From Candidatus Magasanikbacteria bacterium CG11_big_fil_rev_8_21_14_0_20_39_34 (GTDB taxonomy: Bacteria > Patescibacteriota > Patescibacteriia > Magasanikbacterales > UBA922), in the NCBI GenBank assembly GCA_002787355.1, contig PCWN01000001.1, forward strand, positions 13,838 through 77,837: a DNA stretch of 64,000 nucleotides, read 5' to 3'. How positions within the stretch are numbered: the first letter of the stretch is position 1; each line of letters starts with the position of its first letter. Shown piece after piece: positions 8,215 to 16,060 of the stretch. Made by a program: the position numbers and the translations under genes. The notes beneath the pieces were generated by a model, which saw only the letters and a program-made list of their open reading frames with translations, searched no databases and had not been told where the DNA came from.

Positions 8215-10848
8215 ATGGGCAGACGAAAAAAAGAAGAGCAACATGTGCTTGATGCAACACTTTCACAAGGGATTATTGCAATCCTTCTTGTTGTTTTTGC
8301 TTTTATTATTACTTTGTCATTTTTTGGCAAAGCTGGGGCAGTCGGCGAAATGCTGAGCAATTGGGTTCTCAGTTTTCTTTTTGGAAAAATTCGGTATGTT
8401 ACTCCACTTATTGTTCTTCTCATAGCTTGGTTTTTTATAAAGGATAATGACTATGACTATAGACCAACGCATGGCCTGGGAGCAATCCTCTTCTTACTTG
8501 CGGCAGCCAGCCTTTTTCATATTTCTTTTACACCAGACGAAATGTGGCGACAGGCTTTGGAAGGAAATGGTGGTGGAGTCTTTGGTATGCTTTCTTGGCC
8601 TCTCAAAACATACTTGGGATTTGCGGCATCTCTTGCCGTACTGATTGGACTCGTATTGATCTCTCTTCTGCTTATGTTCAATACGCTCATCACACATTTT
8701 GTAATGCTCAATAGAAAGTTGTTCTATGGATTGGGTCTACTTGGGCAATCCATTTTTTTAGTCATCAGAAAATTGTTTGTAAAAAATGAAGATCTCCCTT
8801 TTGATCCAGAAGATACCGAAGACGATTTTGATGAAGATGAAGAAGAAGAGGAAGAAAGACAGTTTTCTCATAAAAGTCTTCACGAAGATGAAGAGGAAGA
8901 TCTTGATATAGAAGATGACGAGTTAGAAGAAGAAGATGATGATGACGACGAGGAGGATGAAGATGACGAAGAACAAGCTCATCCAAATGTTCACAAAATT
9001 CCATTTACGCCTCAGGCTACCCCCACCACGGATGAGGGACCTTGGAGCCTTCCCGTTATTATTAAAAATCCTCCAGCACTTAGTCTTCTGAGCAATAAAA
9101 AAGGGAAACCAACTTCTGGAGATATCCAACGCAATCAAGAAGTTATTCAGGAAACACTTAAAGAATTTCGAATAAACGTCACCATGGGTGAAGCAAGAGT
9201 AGGTCCTACCGTGACTCAGTTTACTTGTAAGCCCGCAAAAGGTGTAAAGCTTACAAAGATTACTTCACTTGCAAATGACCTTGCGCTTGCGCTTGCAGCA
9301 CATCCTATTCGTATTGAAGCGCCTATCCCAGGAAAGTCCCTCGTGGGAATTGAAATTCCAAATAGCAAAGCTGCATTAGTTGGTCTGCGTGAACTCTTAG
9401 AAAGTAAAACCTTCAAAAAAAGAGAACATAATCTCATGATGGCACTTGGTCGTGATGTTGCTGGAAAACCTTGGTTCGCAGACCTTCCAAAGATGCCCCA
9501 TCTTTTAATTGCAGGAGCAACAGGTTCTGGAAAAACGGTCTGTATGAATACCATTATTCTGAGTCTTCTTTACCAGAATACCGCAGAGACCCTCCGTATG
9601 ATTATGGTGGATCCAAAGCGTGTTGAGTTAACACCCTACAACGGTATCCCACATCTCTTAACCCCGGTAATTACCAATGCTACACAAACCGTCAACGCTC
9701 TTAAGTGGACCATCAACGAAATGGATAGACGGTTTGATTTACTTTCCAAAGCAGGTAACAGAAACATTGATACCTACAATGCAAATCATCCAGATAATAA
9801 ACTTCCGTATCTTCTCTTTATCATAGATGAACTTGCGGATCTTATGGCTATGGCCGCAAATGAAGTAGAAGCCGGAATTATTCGCCTTGCCCAAATGGCT
9901 CGTGCCGTAGGAATCCATCTCATTGTAGCAACACAAAGACCAAGTGTAGATGTTATTACCGGACTTATGAAAGCAAACATTCCAGCAAGAATTGCTTTTT
10001 CCGTGGCATCTCTTACTGACTCACGAACAATTCTTGATTCAAGTGGTGCAGAAAAACTTCTTGGACGTGGTGACATGCTTTTTCAAACAGCAGACTTATC
10101 CAAACCAGTTCGCATTCAAGGTGCTTTCATTTCAGAACAAGAAATGAAGCGTATCATCAAATACCTCCGTGGAAACGAGAAACCCGAATATGATGAATCA
10201 ATCATTTCAAAAGCAGGAAACAACTCCGGCGGAACCATGAGCATGTTTGGAGGACCCACAGATGAACGTGATTCACTCTTTAATGATTCAAAAATTGCTA
10301 TTCTTGAAGCCGGAAAAGCAAGTGCTTCTTTTCTCCAGCGAAAACTTAAAGTTGGATATGCTCGAGCTGCACGTATACTAGACGAACTTGAAGAAGCGGG
10401 CATTATTGGACCTGCAGATGGTGCAAAACCTCGGGAAATTCTTGTGACGGAATATGAAGAGGTTCCACTCTCAGAATCAAGAGTAAATGTCTTTGACTCA
10501 ACTTTTCCAAAAGACACAAATACAGAAGATGAAACTGCCGAAGAGGAGGAGGAAAATGATGAAATAGAAGAAGAGTTTGAAGATAACAATGACGACTCCG
10601 AGGAGGAAGATCATTATGAGTACGAAGAAGAAGAGGAGGAGGAAGAAGAAGAAGAAGAAGAGGAAGAAGAAGAAGAGGAAGAAGAAGAAGAGGAGGAAGA
10701 AGAAGAGGAAGAAGAAGAAGAGGAGGAAGAAGAAGAGGAAGAAGAAGAGGAAGAAGAAGAAGAGGAAGAAGAAGAGGAAGAAGAAGAGGAAGAAGCAAAC
10801 CAACACAAAAAAGAAGATGACACCGACATGGATCTACGGTATAACTAA
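8215..10848 (+). CDS. ftsK: DNA translocase FtsK/SpoIIIE with acidic linker and poly-Glu C-terminal tail
   Basis: N-terminal TM segments, Walker A GATGSGKT, IIDELADLM, ATQRPSVDVITG, gamma domain ASFLQRKLKVGYARAARILD. Confidence 0.97.
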   Translation: MGRRKKEEQHVLDATLSQGIIAILLVVFAFIITLSFFGKAGAVGEMLSNWVLSFLFGKIRYVTPLIVLLIAWFFIKDNDYDYRPTHGLGAILFLLAAASLFHISFTPDEMWRQALEGNGGGVFGMLSWPLKTYLGFAASLAVLIGLVLISLLLMFNTLITHFVMLNRKLFYGLGLLGQSIFLVIRKLFVKNEDLPFDPEDTEDDFDEDEEEEEERQFSHKSLHEDEEEDLDIEDDELEEEDDDDDEEDEDDEEQAHPNVHKIPFTPQATPTTDEGPWSLPVIIKNPPALSLLSNKKGKPTSGDIQRNQEVIQETLKEFRINVTMGEARVGPTVTQFTCKPAKGVKLTKITSLANDLALALAAHPIRIEAPIPGKSLVGIEIPNSKAALVGLRELLESKTFKKREHNLMMALGRDVAGKPWFADLPKMPHLLIAGATGSGKTVCMNTIILSLLYQNTAETLRMIMVDPKRVELTPYNGIPHLLTPVITNATQTVNALKWTINEMDRRFDLLSKAGNRNIDTYNANHPDNKLPYLLFIIDELADLMAMAANEVEAGIIRLAQMARAVGIHLIVATQRPSVDVITGLMKANIPARIAFSVASLTDSRTILDSSGAEKLLGRGDMLFQTADLSKPVRIQGAFISEQEMKRIIKYLRGNEKPEYDESIISKAGNNSGGTMSMFGGPTDERDSLFNDSKIAILEAGKASASFLQRKLKVGYARAARILDELEEAGIIGPADGAKPREILVTEYEEVPLSESRVNVFDSTFPKDTNTEDETAEEEEENDEIEEEFEDNNDDSEEEDHYEYEEEEEEEEEEEEEEEEEEEEEEEEEEEEEEEEEEEEEEEEEEEEEEEEEEEEEEEEEANQHKKEDDTDMDLRYN
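10624..10794 (+). repeat. (GAA/GAG)57 pure-purine trinucleotide tract encoding 57 consecutive Glu
   Basis: 171 nt made only of GAA/GAG codons, in frame with ftsK. Confidence 0.95.
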
Positions 10849-10920
10849 TGAATTTAAAAAAAACTTTGTACTTTCTTTTGATGAATGTTATAGTTGGAGG
10901 GTGCTTTGAGCAACGTCTTT

Positions 10921-11643
10921 ATGCAATTTGAAAAAAAAGAACTTCAAGAAACGAAGCGTATTTGTATGCGCCTCAAAGAAGCTCGTGAAAAAAGAAATAA
11001 GAGCCTGGATTTTGTTGCGAAAAAAATGAAAATAAGTAAAAAGTGGATACAAGCACTTGAGGAGTGTCGTTTTGACGATATTCCCTTTGCACCAATTTAT
11101 AAAAAAAATCTTGTTCGTGGCTATGCAAAAGCACTCTCTATAAATCCTGAGCCTTATGTAAAACAATTTGAACACGAAGAAGAGCCCCTTCAAATAACAT
11201 TGAGCACGCCCCCCATTAAAACCTCACGAAAAAATTGGAATAGTAATACACCCGCACTCCTGCGTAGTCTCTCTATTATAGTTATTATCTTGGCCATTGC
11301 GGGGTACCTGGGCTACGAAATTCAAAATATTCTTCGTCCACCAACACTCACTATTTTCACCCCTCAAGAAGGACACATTGCCTATGAGTCTCCCATCCAT
11401 TTAAAAGGCCAAACCGAAAAAGAAGTTCAAATTTCTATTAATGGAAAAGAAACAAAAACAAGTGCGGAAGGTATTTTTGAAGAAGAAATTGATTTGCGAA
11501 TGGGGATCAATACCATTATCATATCCGCAGAAAAAAAACATGGAAAAATAACAACAGAAACTCGACACGTAACCCTACGCACAGCACCACAAGATGACGC
11601 AAATATAGGAATTCAGCCAAGTACCAGCACCCCCAAACAATAG
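10921..11643 (+). CDS. RodZ-like HTH membrane protein with C-terminal Ig-like domain
   Basis: RLKEARE..KSLDFVA...IQALEECRFDDIP...GYAKAL (RodZ HTH), one TM helix, LKGQTE..VQISING Ig-like fold. ftsK-rodZ-recA synteny. Confidence 0.75.
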   Translation: MQFEKKELQETKRICMRLKEAREKRNKSLDFVAKKMKISKKWIQALEECRFDDIPFAPIYKKNLVRGYAKALSINPEPYVKQFEHEEEPLQITLSTPPIKTSRKNWNSNTPALLRSLSIIVIILAIAGYLGYEIQNILRPPTLTIFTPQEGHIAYESPIHLKGQTEKEVQISINGKETKTSAEGIFEEEIDLRMGINTIIISAEKKHGKITTETRHVTLRTAPQDDANIGIQPSTSTPKQ

Positions 11644-11644
11644 A

Positions 11645-11656
11645 GAACAAATGTTC
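11645..11656. promoter_or_regulatory. LexA operator (Gram-positive-type SOS box) upstream of recA
   Basis: GAAC-AAAT-GTTC (AGAAC-N4-GTTCT palindrome) just upstream of the recA -35 element. Confidence 0.7.
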
Positions 11657-11660
11657 TACT

Positions 11661-11669
11661 TTATCCACA
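11661..11669 (+). promoter_or_regulatory. DnaA box upstream of the recA promoter
   Basis: Perfect TTATCCACA. Confidence 0.45.
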
Positions 11670-11679
11670 GTAATGCTAT

Positions 11680-11708
11680 TTGACACTAAAGATAAAAACT
11701 CGTACCAT
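11680..11708 (+). promoter_or_regulatory. Sigma70-type promoter of recA
   Basis: TTGACA-N17-TACCAT. Confidence 0.65.
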
Positions 11709-11791
11709 ACTAAAAAGAGTTCATACTCTTTTTTTATAACTTAAAAAAATACGTCAGTGAAAAATTCGTATTCTCTAAATGAATGTGTACT

Positions 11792-12856
11792 ATGGCAAAA
11801 GCAACAAAAGCAGAAACAGCAGGAAGACTCCAGGCAGCACAAACGGCAATTGATCAAATAAAACAACGTTTTGGTGATGGAGCCATTATGAAGTTTGGTG
11901 AGGCAAAAGCTATGCAGGTAGACGCGGTACCTACCGGATCTATATCACTGGATATTGCCCTTGGAGTAAAGGGTGTTCCACGCGGAAGAATTATTGAAGT
12001 CTTTGGTCCAGAAGCAAGTGGAAAAACAACACTCGCACAACATATTGTGGCAGAAGTACAAAAACAGGGCGGCATAGCTGCATTTGTAGATGCAGAACAT
12101 GCGCTTGATCCAGATTATGCGAGTAAAATTGGTGTTGACGTAGACAATCTCCTGATTTCACAACCGGACACGGGCGAACAGGCTCTGGAAATAGTAGAAA
12201 CATTGGTACGATCCAATGCCGTGGATGTGGTCGTTGTTGACTCAGTAGCAGCACTCGTTCCAAAAGCAGAAATAGAAGGAAGTATGGGAGACTCTCATAT
12301 GGGACTCCAAGCAAGGCTCATGAGCCAGGCACTGCGAAAACTCACCGGAATTATTAGTAAAACAAAAACCGTCGTCATTTTTATCAATCAAACGCGAATG
12401 AAAATTGGCGTCTTTTTTGGAAACCCCGAAACCACTACCGGTGGAAATGCACTTAAATTTTATTCTTCTGTTCGTATAGAAGTAAGACGATCTGCACAAA
12501 TAAAACAAGCAGAAAAAGTTATTGGAAACAGAGTAAAAGTAAAAATTGTAAAAAATAAAGTTGCAGCACCATTTCGTACTACAGAATTTGATATCATGTA
12601 TAACGAAGGTATCTCGGTAAGCGGTGATATGCTTGACACCGGGGTGGCACATAAAGTAATTGCAAAATCGGGTAATTCTTACTCTTTTGGAGAAGAAAAA
12701 CTTGGTGTCGGAAGAGAAAAAGTAAAAGAATATCTTCGTGCAAATCCACAACTCATACAACAAATCCGTGAAAAAATTTGGGAAGTCGTACAGTGTGGTG
12801 AAGCACCAGATCAAGAACAAGGAAAACCAGGAACTATTGAACACGTGGAAGAATAA
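11792..12856 (+). CDS. recA: Recombinase RecA
   Basis: [46 protein letters not shown]. Confidence 0.99.
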   Translation: MAKATKAETAGRLQAAQTAIDQIKQRFGDGAIMKFGEAKAMQVDAVPTGSISLDIALGVKGVPRGRIIEVFGPEASGKTTLAQHIVAEVQKQGGIAAFVDAEHALDPDYASKIGVDVDNLLISQPDTGEQALEIVETLVRSNAVDVVVVDSVAALVPKAEIEGSMGDSHMGLQARLMSQALRKLTGIISKTKTVVIFINQTRMKIGVFFGNPETTTGGNALKFYSSVRIEVRRSAQIKQAEKVIGNRVKVKIVKNKVAAPFRTTEFDIMYNEGISVSGDMLDTGVAHKVIAKSGNSYSFGEEKLGVGREKVKEYLRANPQLIQQIREKIWEVVQCGEAPDQEQGKPGTIEHVEE

Positions 12857-12919
12857 AAGTAGAAAGATAAAAATAAAAATGGTATACTATGTATGCCATT
12901 TTTATTTTAAACAACCCAC

Positions 12920-13351
12920 ATGAAAACAAAAGAGAGACAAGATTCCCACCCCATAATTTTACACAAAAAAAATCTCACACTCTCAGAACGCATGGCAGAT
13001 AAACTTACAGAGTTTATGGGGAGTTGGTTTTTTATAGGATTCTTTCTTTTTGTCCTTCTTTCCTGGATGTTTCTTAATGCCATGATCTATATCAATCACT
13101 GGGATCCATATCCATTTATTCTTCTTAACCTGGTCCTTTCCTGTCTTGCCGCCATTCAGGCTCCTATTATTCTTATGAGCCAAAATAGACAAGCGCAAAG
13201 AGATAGACTCACGGCCAATTATGATTACGCCGTCAATAGAAAGGCAGAACGAGAAATTCAAAATATTCAAAAGGATTTGGAAGAGATTAAAACAATGATT
13301 TCAAAAGTTTGTAAAAAATCACAAAAGACACGCCCCACAAAAAAATCCTAA
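12920..13351 (+). CDS. DUF1003-family membrane protein
   Basis: ERMADKLTEFMGSW...DPYPFILLNLVLSCLAAIQAPIILMSQNRQ signature. Confidence 0.9.
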   Translation: MKTKERQDSHPIILHKKNLTLSERMADKLTEFMGSWFFIGFFLFVLLSWMFLNAMIYINHWDPYPFILLNLVLSCLAAIQAPIILMSQNRQAQRDRLTANYDYAVNRKAEREIQNIQKDLEEIKTMISKVCKKSQKTRPTKKS

Positions 13352-13465
13352 ATAGCAATCTTCTTGTGAAAAAGGGAATCCTCCATAGGATTTCTTTTTT
13401 TCTTTACAAAAAATTCTATATGTGATAGATTTTCTTCAATTTGGGCTGTCGAGGGGGGGCTTCCG

Positions 13466-13720
13466 ATGCTCGAGAAGAAAATTGGTGACCTCTGCGTTGG
13501 AGATGTGATCATTTGGGATGGTACCAAGCGCGTCTTGGTCCATGTAGACCGTTCAAACGGCCACCCCATTCACTTCTTCCAAATGCTGGATCCTACGAAC
13601 CCGGAGCGGGTTCTACCCGGCTTTCGCACAGATCTGGGAGCCTACCTCAATTTGAGGGTTGAGCTCTATGGTCGATGTATCGTATGCTCGACAGTACGGT
13701 TCGTCAACAGAACTCCCTAA
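13466..13720 (+). CDS. GC-rich ORFan 1, 84 aa hypothetical protein
   Basis: ATG preceded by GAGGGGGGG. About 58% GC in a sampled 60-nt line. Fills the gap between two terminator hairpins. Confidence 0.6.
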   Translation: MLEKKIGDLCVGDVIIWDGTKRVLVHVDRSNGHPIHFFQMLDPTNPERVLPGFRTDLGAYLNLRVELYGRCIVCSTVRFVNRTP

Positions 13721-13748
13721 ACCACCACAGCCCAATCGCAAAAAAACT

Positions 13749-13778
13749 AAAAACAAGGCATCTCTGCCTTGTTTTTTT
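13749..13778. terminator. Bidirectional terminator
   Basis: AAAAACAAGGCA-tctc-TGCCTTGTTTTTTT. Confidence 0.8.
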
Positions 13779-13798
13779 GATTAGGAAAAAACTTTTCT

Positions 13799-14929
13799 TT
13801 ATTCCAAATTTAAAACTTTTCCATTTTGAACTCTTTTTAAGACATAGTTCCTTACTCCATCCCCCTTTTCATTTATCGAGAACTTTCCCGAAGCACCATA
13901 GTAATCTTGAACTTTGTACAGTGCATCTTTTACTTTATCAACATTATCCCCATATTTTGAAATAGCTTGTGCAAGAATATTAGTAGCGTCGTACACTTCT
14001 GCAGTATAGAGTCCAAAAGGTAATCCTTCTACATTATATTTCTGTTTGTACTTTTCAATAAATGTTTTTTCTTTTTCACCCAGTGGATTATAGTCTGGTG
14101 TGGAATAAATAATACCATCCATATACACTCCCATATTTTTTACAAGATCTTCACTTCCAAATATCTCATTCCCAAATATATGTTCTTTTCCACCAAGCTC
14201 ATGTATTTGTTGAAGCAACAAACCAGCATTTTCATTATCCTGTGGGGAGAAAAAAAGAGCATCGGGTTTTTTTGCAAGAACCTTTGTCAGTGACGAACGA
14301 AAATCCTTTTCTCCTTGAGAATATCCTTCGTAGAGGAGAACACTCCCTCCATTTTGCTCAAATTGTTCTTTTAATACACGGGCAATGGGTTCTGCATATC
14401 CTGTTTCTTCGTATATTATTCCTAAACTTTTTATACCAAGCTTCTGCAACATGAGATCCGCTATCAACTTTGACTGCTCTGTATTGACCTGAGAAGTTCG
14501 AAATACGTAGTCTCCAGCATCTGAAAGATCCGGACTCGTTGTCATTTGAGCGAACATCAATACTTTATTTTCCTGTGCGATGGGAGCAATCGCCAATGAC
14601 TCAGGACTACAATGTCCACCCAAAACAAAATGAACACCATCTACATGTATTAACTTATTCATTGCATTTACTGCGTCTTTAGAACGACATTTTCCATCTT
14701 CCATGATAAGCTCAAATTTTCTTCCATTTATACCTCCGGCTTCATTTATTTCATCTACTGCAATCTGTACGGCTTTATCTGCTCCCCACTTAGATACTGA
14801 ACCTGAAAGATCAGAAATCCAACCTACACGCATAGGTTCCTTTTCTTTTGCTAACTCATTTTTTCCATTTTGGGAACAGCCCGTTATCAAAAAAAGAAAT
14901 AAGAAAAAAATTATACTCGTTTTTTGCAT
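13799..14929 (-). CDS. LivJ/LivK-type (periplasmic-binding type 1) solute-binding lipoprotein, module 1
   Basis: Lipobox LITG-C, AVDEINEAGGINGRKFELIMEDGKC, GGHCSPE, DAGDYVFRT, YYGASGKFSINEKGD. Confidence 0.9.
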   Translation of the reverse strand: MQKTSIIFFLFLFLITGCSQNGKNELAKEKEPMRVGWISDLSGSVSKWGADKAVQIAVDEINEAGGINGRKFELIMEDGKCRSKDAVNAMNKLIHVDGVHFVLGGHCSPESLAIAPIAQENKVLMFAQMTTSPDLSDAGDYVFRTSQVNTEQSKLIADLMLQKLGIKSLGIIYEETGYAEPIARVLKEQFEQNGGSVLLYEGYSQGEKDFRSSLTKVLAKKPDALFFSPQDNENAGLLLQQIHELGGKEHIFGNEIFGSEDLVKNMGVYMDGIIYSTPDYNPLGEKEKTFIEKYKQKYNVEGLPFGLYTAEVYDATNILAQAISKYGDNVDKVKDALYKVQDYYGASGKFSINEKGDGVRNYVLKRVQNGKVLNLE

Positions 14930-14939
14930 AAAATTTTTT

Positions 14940-15068
14940 TAAAAATAAACAGAGCCCGAGAAGGGCTCCGTGCAAGTCACTATCTAAGAGTTCCAAGGTA
15001 GTAGATCTCTTAGAAGTGTCTTGCAAGCAACACTCCTCTTTTCTACCTTGTAACTTCTTTTAGATTAA
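14940..15068 (-). ncRNA. Candidate cis-regulatory leader RNA with alternative folds and an intrinsic terminator
   Basis: Two mutually exclusive long helices sharing CUCUUAGA, then CGGAGCCC-uucuc-GGGCUCUG-UUUAUUUUU just ahead of the lipoprotein ATG. Confidence 0.5.
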
Positions 15069-15074
15069 CACAAA

Positions 15075-15103
15075 ATTATAAAAGAAAAAAGTCTATTTGT
15101 CAA
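15075..15103 (-). promoter_or_regulatory. Sigma70-type promoter for the leader/lipoprotein of module 1
   Basis: Perfect TTGACA-N17-TATAAT on the minus strand. Confidence 0.85.
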
Positions 15104-15250
15104 TATAATTTAGCTAAATTTAGATATATTTTTGTTTTATATTAGTTATTGTCATCAAATATTGACAACATAAATTATATTTTGTATTCTAGATTTAGCA
15201 ATCTTTAATTTTTTTGTCATGAAGGTTTGTACAAAAATATTTATCCACAT

Positions 15251-16009
15251 ATGAATATACTCAGCGCTCTTAAAAGCTTCGATCTTTCTGAAAATGAAGC
15301 CAAAGTATATACAACAGTACTCTCTCTTGGCCTTACTAACGTTGGACCTATTGTAGAAAAAAGTAAACTCCATAGACAAAGCGTTTATGTTGCTCTTGAA
15401 AAACTCAAAGATATTGGTCTTATGAGTGAAGTTACCAAAAATAATAGAAAACACTTTGAAGCATCTTCCCCACAAAAAATTGTTCGACAAATGGAAGAAA
15501 AATGCAGAAAAGCAAAAGAAATTCTTCCCACCTTGCTAAAATTAGAAGCAGAAGCAAAAGAAAAATTTGAGACACGAGTACTTTATGGAAAAAATGAATT
15601 TTTTGAAAACTTAAAAGAAATCTCAGAGTCTGCTGCACGAACGGATAAAGTAATGCGTATTCTAGGTGGAGCCAGGGATACCGATTTTTATAAATTTTTA
15701 GGAAAGAATTATAAAAGCTACATAGCTCTTCTAAAAAAATTAGGTGTTGTGAAATATGCTATTGGTCCCTCTGACTATACGGATGAATTTAAGATTAAAT
15801 TTATACACGAAGAAGGAAACAAACTTAAAACCATGGATGTTGGTCTGACAACACCTACCTATACGAGAATTACCCCTGAGATGGTAAGTGTCGAAATTTA
15901 TGGACCGGATGTCACAATAATACAAATGAAAAATAAGGTTATTGCAAAAAGTTACTGTGAGCATTTTAACCTTTTATGGGAGCAGGCTGTTCCTTTTTCC
16001 TGCACATAA
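15251..16009 (+). CDS. TrmB-family (sugar-sensing type) transcriptional regulator, module 1
   Basis: DLSENEAKVYTTVLSLG...HRQSVYVALEKLKDIGL winged HTH, coiled coil, C-terminal effector domain ending HFNLLWEQA. Confidence 0.88.
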   Translation: MNILSALKSFDLSENEAKVYTTVLSLGLTNVGPIVEKSKLHRQSVYVALEKLKDIGLMSEVTKNNRKHFEASSPQKIVRQMEEKCRKAKEILPTLLKLEAEAKEKFETRVLYGKNEFFENLKEISESAARTDKVMRILGGARDTDFYKFLGKNYKSYIALLKKLGVVKYAIGPSDYTDEFKIKFIHEEGNKLKTMDVGLTTPTYTRITPEMVSVEIYGPDVTIIQMKNKVIAKSYCEHFNLLWEQAVPFSCT

Positions 16010-16014
16010 AATTT

Positions 16015-16044
16015 AAAAAAGGCTTCTTATAAGAAGCCTTTTTT
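16015..16044. terminator. Bidirectional terminator
   Basis: Perfect palindrome AAAAAAGGCTTCTTATAAGAAGCCTTTTTT. Confidence 0.8.
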
Positions 16045-16060
16045 CTAGGAGTTTAAAAAA

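Noticed and set aside
10624-10794. Possible CRISPR or other spaced repeat array
   Set aside because: Simple trinucleotide repeat with no spacers. No repeat-spacer array or cas gene was seen anywhere in the window.
10116-10909. Poly-Ser, poly-Lys/Arg, poly-Phe/Leu and poly-Leu/Pro ORFs
   Set aside because: Alternative-frame readings of the stop-free GAA/GAG tract in ftsK.
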